A stretch of 64,000 bases of DNA from Salibacteraceae bacterium (GTDB lineage: Bacteria; Bacteroidota; Bacteroidia; Flavobacteriales_G; Salibacteraceae): the NCBI GenBank assembly GCA_048267965.1, contig JBLWWK010000015.1:4661-68660 (forward strand), given 5' to 3'. The notes beneath the pieces were generated by a model. It made no database searches, had not been told where the DNA came from, and saw only the letters and a program-made list of their open reading frames with translations. The position numbers and the translations under genes were made by a program. This document shows, one piece after another, positions 63,947 to 64,000 of this stretch (position 1 is its first letter; every line of letters begins with the position of its first letter).

Positions 63947-64000
63947 ACTTATGATTCTCTATTAGGAAATCTTCAAATTTTGTGGTTGTTTGTTATATTT

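Noticed and set aside
1-64000. The repeated 12-mer TCGGTAGGAACC as a CRISPR array or MITE family
   Set aside because: Copies are scattered at irregular spacings of 0.3-8 kb. Most lie inside conserved genes in frame-compatible positions. No repeat-spacer periodicity, no cas genes and no terminal inverted repeats or target-site duplications are visible.
1-64000. The motif as a Chi-like or KOPS/AIMS-like polar sequence
   Set aside because: Those elements are strongly strand-skewed within a replichore. Here the two orientations are balanced (15 versus 17 exact copies), with no relation to gene orientation.
1-64000. Codon usage alone as the explanation for GTAGGAACC abundance
   Set aside because: The word is best conserved, and extended to 12-14 nt, in non-coding spacers. 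It is read in at least four different frame/strand contexts in genes. The VGT tripeptide itself is several-fold more frequent than residue frequencies predict.

Overview
This window looks like core chromosome from a Bacteroidota (Flavobacteriia-type) genome. Supporting signs are four proteins with T9SS C-terminal sorting domains, a TonB-dependent receptor + DUF4249 pair, a DUF4199-GT2-GT2 operon, a mutL-rhomboid-rhomboid-EEP operon and TAnnTTTG-type promoter boxes. I call 58 solid CDS and 1 tentative small CDS, 8 Rho-independent terminators and 2 candidate promoters. I see no rRNA, tRNA, CRISPR array, transposase, integrase or phage genes. Two things stand out. (1) The word TCGGTAGGAACC (core GTAGGAACC) occurs at least 32 times as an exact 9-mer, in both orientations, inside genes and between them. 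Intergenic copies carry the full 12-mer. Two loci are inverted pairs that form long hairpins in terminator-like positions. This resembles the DNA-uptake-sequence pattern of Neisseria and Haemophilus, and I know of no such signal described for Bacteroidota. (2) A tightly packed four-gene operon (43665-48750) joins an orphan ThiF/E1-like adenylyltransferase and a GNAT-fold protein to a 7TMR-DISM sensor kinase and a REC-histidine-kinase hybrid. A paralogous stand-alone receiver gene (42979-43443) sits divergently upstream. I read this as a candidate small-molecule or peptide signal production and sensing module of unknown function. Smaller curiosities include a Reeler-like CxxCH T9SS protein next to an LruC-like lipoprotein, and a pair of Cys-rich lipoproteins, one with a textbook EGF signature. 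There is also a possible structured RNA at 2636-2733, and long spacers that carry the motif. All functional calls come from reading the translated ORFs by eye; no database search was run.
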